From: Clostridia bacterium
GTDB taxonomy: Bacteria; Bacillota; Clostridia; RGIG6154
Assembly: GCA_017626145.1 (NCBI GenBank)
Contig: JAGAJK010000044.1
Coordinates: 24,424-88,423, forward strand
Length of the DNA stretch: 64,000 nt
Direction of reading: 5' to 3'
Position numbers and translations under genes: made by a program. Shown piece by piece: positions 10,688 through 19,639 of the stretch. The notes beneath the pieces are model-generated. The model saw only the letters and a list, made by a program, of their open reading frames with translations. It was not told the origin of the DNA and did not search any database. Numbering within the stretch: position 1 is the stretch's first letter; each line of letters starts with the position of its first letter.

Positions 10688-11148
10688 TTTCGAGTGCAGC
10701 GATATTTGCTGTTACAAGTTGCTCAGTCGGTTTCGCACCACATACTAAAAAACAGTACAAACACAAATAATGCACCGAAGGTGCATATCGTAAAAAGGTG
10801 GTAGCGACTGCGAAACGTGGTGAGGGCGCTTGCAACCGAACAGTTGAGCCAAGCGTGCCTTTTTACGATAGAGGAGCAGCAATAAAGCATACGAAAAACA
10901 CCCACTCTTCTGAGTGGGTGTTTCGAGTGCAGCGATATTTGCTGCGACGATGGAGCTATTGACGAGAATCGAACTCGTGACAAACACACTACCAATGTGG
11001 TTTACTCTTGCGGTGCCCGACAAAAAGCTTCCTTGGTGCGTCGCTTTTTTGTCGACCGCGGCGCCTTTTCGCCCCTCGCTCCTTCTGCCACCGGCAGCGC
11101 TCGGGCGAAAACTACCGACGAGCCGCTCAGTCGGTTTCGCACCACATT
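10688..11148. repeat. Mosaic of tRNA-Thr fragments and GC-rich palindromic (REP/MITE-like) modules
   Basis: Identical 24-mer at 10688-10711 and 10921-10944; identical 23-mer at 10721-10743 and 11125-11147; 13-bp inverted repeat 10786-10798/10858-10870; several internal hairpins. Confidence 0.8.
10951..11001 (-). pseudogene. Duplicated 3' two-thirds of tRNA-Thr(GGT), att-like fragment
   Basis: 48 of 51 nt identical to 11189-11239, including the anticodon loop and CCA end. Confidence 0.85.
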
Positions 11149-11149
11149 C

Positions 11150-11188
11150 AAAAAAGAACGACCATTCTTTCGAATAGTCGTTCTTTTT
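11150..11188 (-). terminator. Terminator directly after tRNA-Thr
   Basis: AAAAAAGAACGAC...GTCGTTCTTTTTT inverted repeat. Confidence 0.8.
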
Positions 11189-11264
11189 TGGAGCTATTGA
11201 CGAGAATCGAACTCGTGACCTCCACACTACCAATGTGGTGCTCTACCGACTGAGCTACAATAGC
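11189..11264 (-). tRNA. tRNA-Thr (GGT)
   Basis: GCTATTGTAGCTCAGTCGGTAGAGCACCACATT-GGT-AGTGTGGAGGTCACGAGTTCGATTCTCGTCAATAGCTCCA forms a full cloverleaf. Confidence 0.97.
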
Positions 11265-11269
11265 AAATA

Positions 11270-11360
11270 AAAAGCTGCTGAAACACGTTCGTGGTGACTC
11301 GCTTTCACACGTTCATATCTTAGCAGGCTTTCATTCTCCGGAGTATGATGGAACTCCGCT
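11270..11360 (-). ncRNA. Candidate structured RNA in the tRNA spacer
   Basis: Long hairpin CTGCT-AGATATG-AA-CGTG-TGA / TCA-CACG-AA-CGTGTTT-AGCAG plus a 5' GGAGT/ACTCC stem. Confidence 0.45.
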
Positions 11361-11376
11361 CTTGCATAAATGCAAG

Positions 11377-11453
11377 TGGCGACCCGGAAGAGACTCGAAC
11401 TCTCGACCTCCTGCGTGACAGGCAGGCGTTCTAACCAACTGAACTACCGGGCC
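11377..11453 (-). tRNA. tRNA-Asp (GTC)
   Basis: GGCCCGGTAGTTCAGTTGGTTAGAACGCCTGCCT-GTC-ACGCAGGAGGTCGAGAGTTCGAGTCTCTTCCGGGTCGCCA. Confidence 0.97.
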
Positions 11454-11471
11454 GTATTCGTCAACATTAGG

Positions 11472-11500
11472 ATTATATCATAAAACGACCTATCTTGCAA
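11472..11500 (-). promoter_or_regulatory. Sigma-A promoter of the tRNA operon
   Basis: TTGCAA-N17-TATAAT with an extended -10 TG. Confidence 0.8.
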
Positions 11501-11528
11501 GCTTTTTTTCAAAAAAACTTAATTTTTT

Positions 11529-12392
11529 TTAGATTTTCATATAAGATGGCTTGGAAGCCGTGATTGTTACAGGCTTTTTGGTTACAGGATGGTTGAATTT
11601 AATTTCCGCACAATGAAGCATAAATGCTTCATCTCCTGTCTGAGTTCCGTAAAGAAAATCATTTTTAAGAGGGTAACCAATATACGAAAAATGCACTCTT
11701 ATCTGATGAGTTCTGCCCGTTAAAAGATTTACCCTTACAAGGGCGTTTTTGCCGTTTTCCTCTAACACCTCATACTGCGTTATTGCCGTTTTACCATCCT
11801 CTGCCACAATTCTTTTTATTATGCTTTCCTTTTCACGGCGGATAGGTGCATTGATTTCACCCGCTCTTGGCTCCGGAACACCGTCGGTTATACAAAGATA
11901 AGTTTTCTTAAAAATTCCCTTTTGCATCTGCAGGCTTAAATTATGGCTTGCCTGAGGAGTTTTGGCAACTATTACTACTCCCGTTGTATCACGGTCAAGA
12001 CGGTTTACCGCCCTGAACACAAAGTTCTTATCCTTATAGTAATACATAACTGCATTGCCGAGAGTATTGTCAAAATTATTAAGTGACGGATGTACAGGCA
12101 TATCCTGAGGTTTGTTCACCGCTAAAATATCCTCATCCTCATAAAGTATTTCAAGAGGCATTTTAACAGGAATTACGTTAGGAGATTTATTTTCAGGCAT
12201 AGTAACCTTAAGCTCATCACCCATTTTAGCGACACCTCTCACGGTTACGTGTTCACCGTTTAAGAGGATGCCGTTTGGATCCTGCTTTAATTTGGTTATA
12301 AGCCTTTTCGATAGCTTGAAATGATTAACCAAAAGCCAGCCTACCGTTTTATTTACCTGTTCAACATCTATAATTAATTTAAATTCTCTCAT
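11529..12392 (-). CDS. RluA family pseudouridine synthase
   Basis: NKP, NRLDRDTTG, TGRTHQIRVH and LH motifs. Confidence 0.93.
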   Translation of the reverse strand: MREFKLIIDVEQVNKTVGWLLVNHFKLSKRLITKLKQDPNGILLNGEHVTVRGVAKMGDELKVTMPENKSPNVIPVKMPLEILYEDEDILAVNKPQDMPVHPSLNNFDNTLGNAVMYYYKDKNFVFRAVNRLDRDTTGVVIVAKTPQASHNLSLQMQKGIFKKTYLCITDGVPEPRAGEINAPIRREKESIIKRIVAEDGKTAITQYEVLEENGKNALVRVNLLTGRTHQIRVHFSYIGYPLKNDFLYGTQTGDEAFMLHCAEIKFNHPVTKKPVTITASKPSYMKI

Positions 12393-12476
12393 AAATATAT
12401 TTTACCAAAAATCTATTGTAAATACAAGTAAAATTTGTTATAATTACTGTGACCATCATATTAGGAGGTATTTACC

Positions 12477-13841
12477 ATGGAAAATTTAAAAAAAGAAATT
12501 TTTGACGGCGTAAAAATAGTAACTTATACAAAGAATGACTGCGTTGACGTAACAAAATACGCACATCTTGCAGAAAATGATATATGGGACAAAGCTATAA
12601 ACACAGCACTGCAGGAAAATAAAAGAGTTTATATTCCGGATATGGGTAAGGAAATCTTTCTTGATTCAAGCATTGTTATGGACGATGACTATGTTTTAAT
12701 TGTTGAAAAGAATCAGGTAATCACTGTGACAGAAACAAACACGCTCTGCATGGTTATAAATTCCCGTGCTAAAACAGGAGCTTTCCACACTGTTGACAGA
12801 ACAGACTGCAATAAAAACATTTACATAGAAGGCGGTATATGGAGCCCTAACAGACACAGCAAGGTTCATCATCTTACCAACTCAAATGAAAATCCGTTCA
12901 AGGGTGTTTTTGCAGTAATGTTTCTTACCAACATTGAAAACCTCACTGTTAGAAACTGCGTTTACGAAGGCTCCGAAAGCTACGCAACACAAGTTTCAAA
13001 CGTGAAAGGATTTTTAATTGAAAACATTAAATACATTGACTATAAAAAGGACGGAGTTCACTTAAACGGACCTTCAGAGTACGGCATTATAAGAAATCTT
13101 GAGGGTGAAAATATGCTTGACGATTTAGTTGCCTTTAATGCCTGGGACTGGGACCTCTCTGCCACAACCTTTGGTACTCTTGACCATATTTTCGTAGAAA
13201 ACGTTAAAAGTAATAACAACGAAATCCGTCTTCTTCCGGGAAGAAAGACTTACGAGAACGCACCTTCAAATGACTGTGATATTACAAACTGTATTTTCAA
13301 GGACATCACAGGTGTTTATACGTTTAAAATGTACTGTCAGAAAAACTGGAGAGAGGCATTTATGCCCGATTATGTCGACCATTCCGAAACGGTTGGAAAC
13401 ATTGACAATGTTTATTTTGAAAACATTTGCTTTGACAAGGTTCGTGCAGACGGTTTTTCATCAATTCCGGTAAATGGGTTATTTGACTGCTGTTCTTATT
13501 CAAGCAATATTCACTTTAATAATATTTCGATTAATATGGATAAGGCTGAATTTGATAAAACAGGACTTAAGTTATTCTCCGTTGGACCTCTTACATACAC
13601 ATGGAAAAATCATTATCCCGATGAACCTGAAAAGTGGGGCGAATTATTTGAGCCTGACAGAATTTGTGAAGCCCAAAACATTACATTCAAAAATATCACC
13701 TTTAGGGGTGAAAAAATGACAAGCCTTGACGATGTTATGGGAGAAATTCATCTTTCTGTAAATCCCGATTACCCCAACACAACACCAAGAGGCGGAACAG
13801 GCTACGGAACTATTATAAAGGAAAGCTGCAGCATAGAATGA
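12477..13841 (+). CDS. Uncharacterized right-handed beta-helix (pectin-lyase-fold) carbohydrate enzyme
   Basis: AINTAL, IYIEGGIW, DGVHLNG...DDLVAFNA and repeated I-x-F-x-N-I strands; no signal peptide. Confidence 0.6.
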   Translation: MENLKKEIFDGVKIVTYTKNDCVDVTKYAHLAENDIWDKAINTALQENKRVYIPDMGKEIFLDSSIVMDDDYVLIVEKNQVITVTETNTLCMVINSRAKTGAFHTVDRTDCNKNIYIEGGIWSPNRHSKVHHLTNSNENPFKGVFAVMFLTNIENLTVRNCVYEGSESYATQVSNVKGFLIENIKYIDYKKDGVHLNGPSEYGIIRNLEGENMLDDLVAFNAWDWDLSATTFGTLDHIFVENVKSNNNEIRLLPGRKTYENAPSNDCDITNCIFKDITGVYTFKMYCQKNWREAFMPDYVDHSETVGNIDNVYFENICFDKVRADGFSSIPVNGLFDCCSYSSNIHFNNISINMDKAEFDKTGLKLFSVGPLTYTWKNHYPDEPEKWGELFEPDRICEAQNITFKNITFRGEKMTSLDDVMGEIHLSVNPDYPNTTPRGGTGYGTIIKESCSIE

Positions 13842-14398
13842 AAAGAATAATACTTGCATCGGGCTCACCGAGAAGAAAAGAATTAATGACACTTACACGA
13901 CTACCTTTTGAGGTAATTGTTACAGACGCAGATGAATCGGTAGCTGATAATTTAACGCCTTCTGAAACCGTGGAAATTCTTTCAAGAAGAAAAGCAGAAG
14001 CCATTAAGGAAAATGGGATAGTTATAGGCTCTGACACAGTTGTTGCTATAAATGGCGAAATTCTCGGAAAACCCGAAGATAAAGAGGACGCAAAAAGAAT
14101 ACTTAGAATGCTGTCAGGAAATGTTCATCAGGTTTACACGGGTGTAACGATTATCGACGGCAAAAATATTGATACCTTTAGCGTTAAAACAGATGTTGAA
14201 TTTTATGATTTAACAGAAAAGGAAATAGATGAATATATTTCTCTTCCCGAATGCTACGATAAAGCAGGTGCTTACGGCATTCAGGGGATGGGCGGTTTAT
14301 TCGTTAAGTCAATTACAGGTGACTACAACAATGTTGTGGGGCTGCCTATTGCAGAAGTTTACAGGAAAATTAAAGTGCTGAAAGGAGAATTTGTATGA
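13838..14398 (+). CDS. maf: Maf nucleotide pyrophosphatase
   Basis: ILASGSPRRKEL, GSDTVV, DKAGAYGIQG and NVVGLP motifs. Confidence 0.95.
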   Translation: MKRIILASGSPRRKELMTLTRLPFEVIVTDADESVADNLTPSETVEILSRRKAEAIKENGIVIGSDTVVAINGEILGKPEDKEDAKRILRMLSGNVHQVYTGVTIIDGKNIDTFSVKTDVEFYDLTEKEIDEYISLPECYDKAGAYGIQGMGGLFVKSITGDYNNVVGLPIAEVYRKIKVLKGEFV

Positions 14399-17300
14399 GA
14401 TTTTTAGATGAAAAAGCTCAAAAAACCGTATGGATGCTGGAGAGTCTTATTGTAAAGGATTCTGTTTATCCTGACGGTTTTAAAATGAAAAGATGTGAAG
14501 CAAAAACAAATAATATTATTCCCGAAATTGACGACACATGGGAAGATTTAAAGGAATTCGTTGAATTTAATGAATGGGATATTCATTTCTGGATTCGCGG
14601 CACAATAAAAACGCCAAAGGCGTATGACGGACTTTATTATGCTGTTGATTTCAAGCAGGAATACAGCGGTGTAATTCATACCATTATATATTTAAACGGT
14701 GAAATGACACAAGGTCTTGACGCAAATCATACAAGAACAGTTTTAGAGCCTGACACAACTTATGATGTAGCGTTTTACTGCTACGTAAGTCCTGTTTACT
14801 CACCAAGAAAACATGTTATTTCAACAACAATGCCGAAGCTTGTTACAATCTGCCAAAAAACAGAAACTTTGTATTTTGACTTTTCAACGCCCTTTCAGGC
14901 GTCGGAAGCAATTGACAAAACAAGTGACGATTATCGGATTATAATTAATCATCTTGAGCTTGCGGCAAATTTAATTGATTTCAGAGAACCGTATTCAAAA
15001 GAATACTACAAATCGGTTGATGAAGCTATTAAATATCTTGCCGATGAGTTTTACGGCAAGGAATGCGGCCAAAGTGATATTACCGTTAACTGCCTGGGTC
15101 ATTCCCATATTGACATTGCGTGGCGCTGGCCTGTAAGACAGACAGTTGAAAAGGTACAAAGAAGCTTTTCAACCGTGCTTTACCTTATGGAGCATTACCC
15201 CGAATATATTTTTATGATGACATCACCTCAGATGTACGAATTTATGAAGGACCAGGCACCCGAACAGTATGAAAAAATCAAGCAGAAGGTTAAGGAGGGG
15301 AAATGGGAAGTTGACGGTGCAATGTGGCTTGAAGCGGACGGCAATCTGCCGTCGGGTGAAAGCTTTATCCGTCAGGTAATTTACGGAAAGAAGTTTTTCA
15401 AAGATGAATTTGGTGTAAACAGCCGTACCCTTTGGATTCCCGACGTGTTCGGATATTCTGCCGCTCTTCCTCAGATTCTTAAAAAATCGGGGGTTGACAG
15501 ATTTGTTACGGGCAAGATAAGCTGGAACGACACCGACCGAATGCCAAACGATACTTTCTATTGGAAGGGTATTGACGGAAGTGAAGTATTTACTCAGTTT
15601 TTAACAAGTCAGGACTTTGTAAATCCCGATAAATCGAGAATATTTGTTATGCTTAACGGTATGCTTGACGCCCGTGAAGTAAAGAGTACATGGGATATTT
15701 ACAGAAATAAAGAATATAATGACCAGACAATTCACACCTTCGGTTACGGTGACGGCGGTGGCGGCCCTACATATCAGATGCTGGAGCGTCAAAGACGTTT
15801 TGCAAAAGGCATTCCCGGTATCCCAAAAACAAAAATGAATACTCTTGATAATTACCTTAATAAGTCTAAGGAAAATTTTGATAAGGCTTGTGAAAAATAC
15901 GGACGCACTCCAAGATGGTCAGGTGAATTATATCTTCAATATCACAGAGGCACATATACATCAGTAGCAAAAACAAAGAAAGCTAACCGTGAATGTGAAT
16001 TTATTCTTGCCAAAACCGAGGCTTTGTCTGTTTTCGATATGTTATTTAATAATTCGGCTTACCCTAAAGACGATTTTGACGTTATGTGGAAACAAATGCT
16101 TCTTAACCAGTTCCACGATATTATCCCGGGAAGCTGTATAAAAGAGGTTTCTGATACCGCAGAAGTTGGCTACAATATGGTTAAAGCGACCTGTAAGGAT
16201 ATTTCCGACAAGGCTTACAGCAAAATTATTTCAAACATTTCGTCAGATGACGGAATGGTTGTATTTAACCATAATTCCTTTATTTCAAGCGATATTGTTG
16301 AAACCAAAAACGGTTTTGCTTATGCAAAAGATGTACCTGCTCACGGATATAAAGTATTCAGTAAGCTTGATTACACAAATAAAGCAACAGTTTCACAAAA
16401 TGGTATTTCAAACAGATATTTTGATATTATATTCAACGAAAACGGTGATATTTTTTCGATTTATGATAAAGAAAACGACAGATATGTAACTAATGGCGTT
16501 GCAAACGAGTTTGTAGCTTACGAGGACAGACCGAAATTTTACGATGCGTGGGAGCTTACTCACTACTATAAGCAGAAACCTTACAAATTAGAGGGACTTG
16601 TTTCAATCCTTCCTTATGAAAATGGTGCCAAAAAGGGTGTTACCGTAACAAGAAAGTTTATGAATTCTTCTGTAAAACAAAATATTATTGTTTACGATAA
16701 CATAAGAAGAATAGATTTTGAAACGGAAATTGACTGGAAGGAAGACCACCTTATTTTAAAAACACTCTTTCCTATTAACGTATTTACAAACAAGGTAACA
16801 GCGGAAATACAGATGGGTCACGTTGAAAGAACAACCCACAAAAACAGAAGCTGGGATGAAGCGCAGTTTGAAATGTGTATGCACAAGTGGATTGACATTT
16901 CGGACAACAGCTATGGCGTAAGCTTTATAAATGACTGTAAGTACGGCTACTCATGTGATGAAAATGTAGTAGGACTTACAATTTTAAAGTGTGCAACAGA
17001 CCCCGACCCCGAAGCAGATAAATGCATTCATAATTTTACGTATTCAATCTACACTCACGAAAACACCCCCTGCAACGGAAAAACTGTCCAGATGGCTTAC
17101 TGTCTGAATCAAAAAATGACAGCAATTGATAAAATTTCGTCAAGCGGTACATTACCTGCAGAATTTTCACTTGTTTCCGTTAATAAGGAAAACATAATTA
17201 TTGAAACCGTTAAAAAAGCGGAAAACGACAATGCTGTAATTGTCCGTATGTATGATTCATATAATATGGTAACAAATGCAAAAATCAAATTCGGCTTTGA

Positions 17301-17424
17301 TGTTAAGAAAGCATATACCTGTGACCTTAACGAAAACGTTCTTGAAGAGCTTGAAGTTACCGACAACTCGGTTACAACAAAGATTAAGAACTTTGAAATT
17401 GTTACATTAAAGCTTGAAATATAA
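14395..17424 (+). CDS. Alpha-mannosidase, GH38
   Basis: GHSHIDIAWRW, WIPDVFGYS, GYGDGGGGP, HRGTYTS and NQFHDIIPG motifs. Confidence 0.93.
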   Translation: MRFLDEKAQKTVWMLESLIVKDSVYPDGFKMKRCEAKTNNIIPEIDDTWEDLKEFVEFNEWDIHFWIRGTIKTPKAYDGLYYAVDFKQEYSGVIHTIIYLNGEMTQGLDANHTRTVLEPDTTYDVAFYCYVSPVYSPRKHVISTTMPKLVTICQKTETLYFDFSTPFQASEAIDKTSDDYRIIINHLELAANLIDFREPYSKEYYKSVDEAIKYLADEFYGKECGQSDITVNCLGHSHIDIAWRWPVRQTVEKVQRSFSTVLYLMEHYPEYIFMMTSPQMYEFMKDQAPEQYEKIKQKVKEGKWEVDGAMWLEADGNLPSGESFIRQVIYGKKFFKDEFGVNSRTLWIPDVFGYSAALPQILKKSGVDRFVTGKISWNDTDRMPNDTFYWKGIDGSEVFTQFLTSQDFVNPDKSRIFVMLNGMLDAREVKSTWDIYRNKEYNDQTIHTFGYGDGGGGPTYQMLERQRRFAKGIPGIPKTKMNTLDNYLNKSKENFDKACEKYGRTPRWSGELYLQYHRGTYTSVAKTKKANRECEFILAKTEALSVFDMLFNNSAYPKDDFDVMWKQMLLNQFHDIIPGSCIKEVSDTAEVGYNMVKATCKDISDKAYSKIISNISSDDGMVVFNHNSFISSDIVETKNGFAYAKDVPAHGYKVFSKLDYTNKATVSQNGISNRYFDIIFNENGDIFSIYDKENDRYVTNGVANEFVAYEDRPKFYDAWELTHYYKQKPYKLEGLVSILPYENGAKKGVTVTRKFMNSSVKQNIIVYDNIRRIDFETEIDWKEDHLILKTLFPINVFTNKVTAEIQMGHVERTTHKNRSWDEAQFEMCMHKWIDISDNSYGVSFINDCKYGYSCDENVVGLTILKCATDPDPEADKCIHNFTYSIYTHENTPCNGKTVQMAYCLNQKMTAIDKISSSGTLPAEFSLVSVNKENIIIETVKKAENDNAVIVRMYDSYNMVTNAKIKFGFDVKKAYTCDLNENVLEELEVTDNSVTTKIKNFEIVTLKLEI

Positions 17425-17503
17425 CTACAGACTGTCTTAATAAACATTTCTTATGTATAACTATCTGAAAAACTGCAGTAAAGTTAAGTAAAGGAGAATT
17501 TTT

Positions 17504-18343
17504 ATGAGTTTTATTGAGTTCTTAAAAACTTTCATACTTGGTGTTATAGAGGGAATTACCGAATGGCTTCCTGTTTCAAGCACGGGGCATATGATAATTG
17601 CCGAGGATTTTCTTAAGCTTAATGTATCAGAAAGCTTTTGGGAGATGTTTCTTGTTGTAATACAACTGGGTGCGATACTTGCAGTTATTTGTATGTATTT
17701 TAATAAATTAAACCCTTTCTCTCCTAAAAAAAGCAAAACTCAGAGAAGAGCAACCTGGGATATATGGGGAAAAGTAATAGTTGGTGTTCTGCCCGCCGCA
17801 GCTTTAGGCTTCTTACTTGACGACTGGATGGATGATCATCTTTACAATTCCTTTACTGTAGCAACAACACTTATTTTGTACGGTGTTTTGTTTATAGTAA
17901 TTGAAAATATTAACAAAAACAAACAGTTTTCAACGAAAAGCTTTAAGCATTTATCCTATAAAAAAGCATTGGCTATAGGTTGTTTTCAGACCCTCTCTCT
18001 TGTGCCGGGAACATCACGTTCAGGTTCAACTATTTTAGGTGCAATGCTGATGGGCACATCAAGAGAAATTGCCGCCGAATACTCTTTCTTTTTAGCAATT
18101 CCCGTTATGTTTGGAGCAAGTCTTTTAAAGATAGCAAAATTCATACTGAAATCAGAGATTGCAATTGCACCAAACGAAATTTCGGTTTTAATTGTAGGTA
18201 TAATTACTTCCTTTGTTGTTTCTCTTTTTGCCATTAAATTTCTTGTGGGTTTTGTTAAAAAATACGATTTCAAGGTGTTCGGATGGTACCGTATAGCCCT
18301 TGGTATAATTGTTATTTTACTTGGCATTTTCAAAATAATATAA
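17504..18343 (+). CDS. uppP: Undecaprenyl-diphosphate phosphatase
   Basis: EGITEWLPVSSTGH and PGTSRSGSTI motifs. Confidence 0.95.
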   Translation: MSFIEFLKTFILGVIEGITEWLPVSSTGHMIIAEDFLKLNVSESFWEMFLVVIQLGAILAVICMYFNKLNPFSPKKSKTQRRATWDIWGKVIVGVLPAAALGFLLDDWMDDHLYNSFTVATTLILYGVLFIVIENINKNKQFSTKSFKHLSYKKALAIGCFQTLSLVPGTSRSGSTILGAMLMGTSREIAAEYSFFLAIPVMFGASLLKIAKFILKSEIAIAPNEISVLIVGIITSFVVSLFAIKFLVGFVKKYDFKVFGWYRIALGIIVILLGIFKII

Positions 18344-18347
18344 TATA

Positions 18348-18389
18348 AAAATCAAGGTTGCAGTTCATATAAACTGCAACCTTGATTTT
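18348..18389. terminator. Bidirectional terminator between uppP and the lipoprotein gene
   Basis: 18-bp perfect inverted repeat AAAATCAAGGTTGCAGTT. Confidence 0.8.
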
Positions 18390-18804
18390 ATCTGTAAAGG
18401 TACAAGCCCTCAAGAACATGAACAGCTTCTTCATTAACAAATTCAAGTCTGATTGTTGGTTCACCTTCCTTATCTTCTGTTAGATATGCTTTCATAATTA
18501 TTTCACCGTAATCATTGTTTATTGTTTCAAGTCCCGTTAAAACATTCTGTTCATCTGCCTGCATTGTCTTTACAACACTTATATCCACACCGCCGTTGAA
18601 GTCCTTTATTTCTACAGCATAATTCTTATCCCCTTGATAAGAAATTTCAAAATCACCTATTGAAACGTCCCTGTACACGGGCGATGTGTAAATTTTCCAT
18701 TCTCCCATATATTCTGCATTTAAGGCCTTTGATTTCTGTATTGTGTCTGAACAACCACACAGTAAAAACGCACAAATCAGTAATAAGCATAATATTTTTC
18801 TCAT
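18388..18804 (-). CDS. Hypothetical lipoprotein
   Basis: MRKILCLLLICAFLLCG-C lipobox; GGAG ribosome binding site. Confidence 0.75.
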   Translation of the reverse strand: MRKILCLLLICAFLLCGCSDTIQKSKALNAEYMGEWKIYTSPVYRDVSIGDFEISYQGDKNYAVEIKDFNGGVDISVVKTMQADEQNVLTGLETINNDYGEIIMKAYLTEDKEGEPTIRLEFVNEEAVHVLEGLYLYR

Positions 18805-18814
18805 AACATATCTC

Positions 18815-19639
18815 CTATTTTATTCCCACAGCTACACGGTCATTACCGCTGTAGTCTTTTATTATTTCAACATCTTTGAAGCCCTGAGCTTCTAAAATCT
18901 CAGTTAAATCTGCACCCTGGTCAAAGCCTGTTTCAAACATTACTGCACCACCATTATTTAAGCTGTCAAAAGCGATTTTTGAAATTTTTCTGTAAAACAC
19001 AAGACCGTCTTCGCCTCCGTCAAGAGCGATAAAGGGCTCGGCACATTTAACGGTTACATCAAGCTTTTCTATTTCTTTTGTTCTTATGTAGGGTGGATTT
19101 GAAAGAATTAAATCCGCTCCCGAAAAATCAATTTTAGTGTTTAAAATATCATCCGCAACAAAAGCTACATCTGCCATATTTCTTTCTGCATTTATTTTGG
19201 CGATACTAAGTGCTTTTTCACTTATATCCACAGCCGCAACCTTAACCTTTGCCATTTTTGATACCGAAACCGCAATACAACCTGAACCTGTACATATATC
19301 GTAAACAACCGGATTTTTTTTATCTTTTAAAAAATCAAGTGCTCTTTCCACAAGAATTTCTGTATCCTGACGGGGAATAAGAACATTTTCGTTTACATAA
19401 AATTCAAGTCCCATAAATTCAGCACTTTCAGTGATATACTGAACAGGAATACCCGAAATTCTTTTTTGAACAAGTTCAAAAAAAGATTCGCTTACCTCAT
19501 CCTTCTGACGAAGAATATACTCTGTTGAATTACAACCAAGAAAATATTGCATCAAAAAACGGGCGTCGGATTTATAATCAACGACGCCATTATTTTTAAA
19601 CATTTCTTCGGTTTTTCTTAATGCCTCGAAAACCTTCAT
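18815..19639 (-). CDS. prmC: Release factor glutamine methyltransferase
   Basis: VLIPRQDTE, DICTGSGCI, SNPPY and ALDGGEDGL motifs. Confidence 0.95.
   Translation of the reverse strand: MKVFEALRKTEEMFKNNGVVDYKSDARFLMQYFLGCNSTEYILRQKDEVSESFFELVQKRISGIPVQYITESAEFMGLEFYVNENVLIPRQDTEILVERALDFLKDKKNPVVYDICTGSGCIAVSVSKMAKVKVAAVDISEKALSIAKINAERNMADVAFVADDILNTKIDFSGADLILSNPPYIRTKEIEKLDVTVKCAEPFIALDGGEDGLVFYRKISKIAFDSLNNGGAVMFETGFDQGADLTEILEAQGFKDVEIIKDYSGNDRVAVGIK

Noticed and set aside
10688-11147. Repeats of 23-24 bp as a possible CRISPR array
   Set aside because: Each repeat has only two copies, spacing is irregular, one is tRNA-derived, and there are no cas genes.
10617-11253. Six overlapping ORFs of 67-162 aa on both strands
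   Set aside because: They run through tRNA-Thr, its fragments and GC-rich palindromes, so they are artefacts of low stop-codon density.
10951-11264. tRNA 3' duplication as attL/attR of an integrated prophage or ICE
   Set aside because: Only about 190 bp lie between the copies and there is no integrase; at most a scar.
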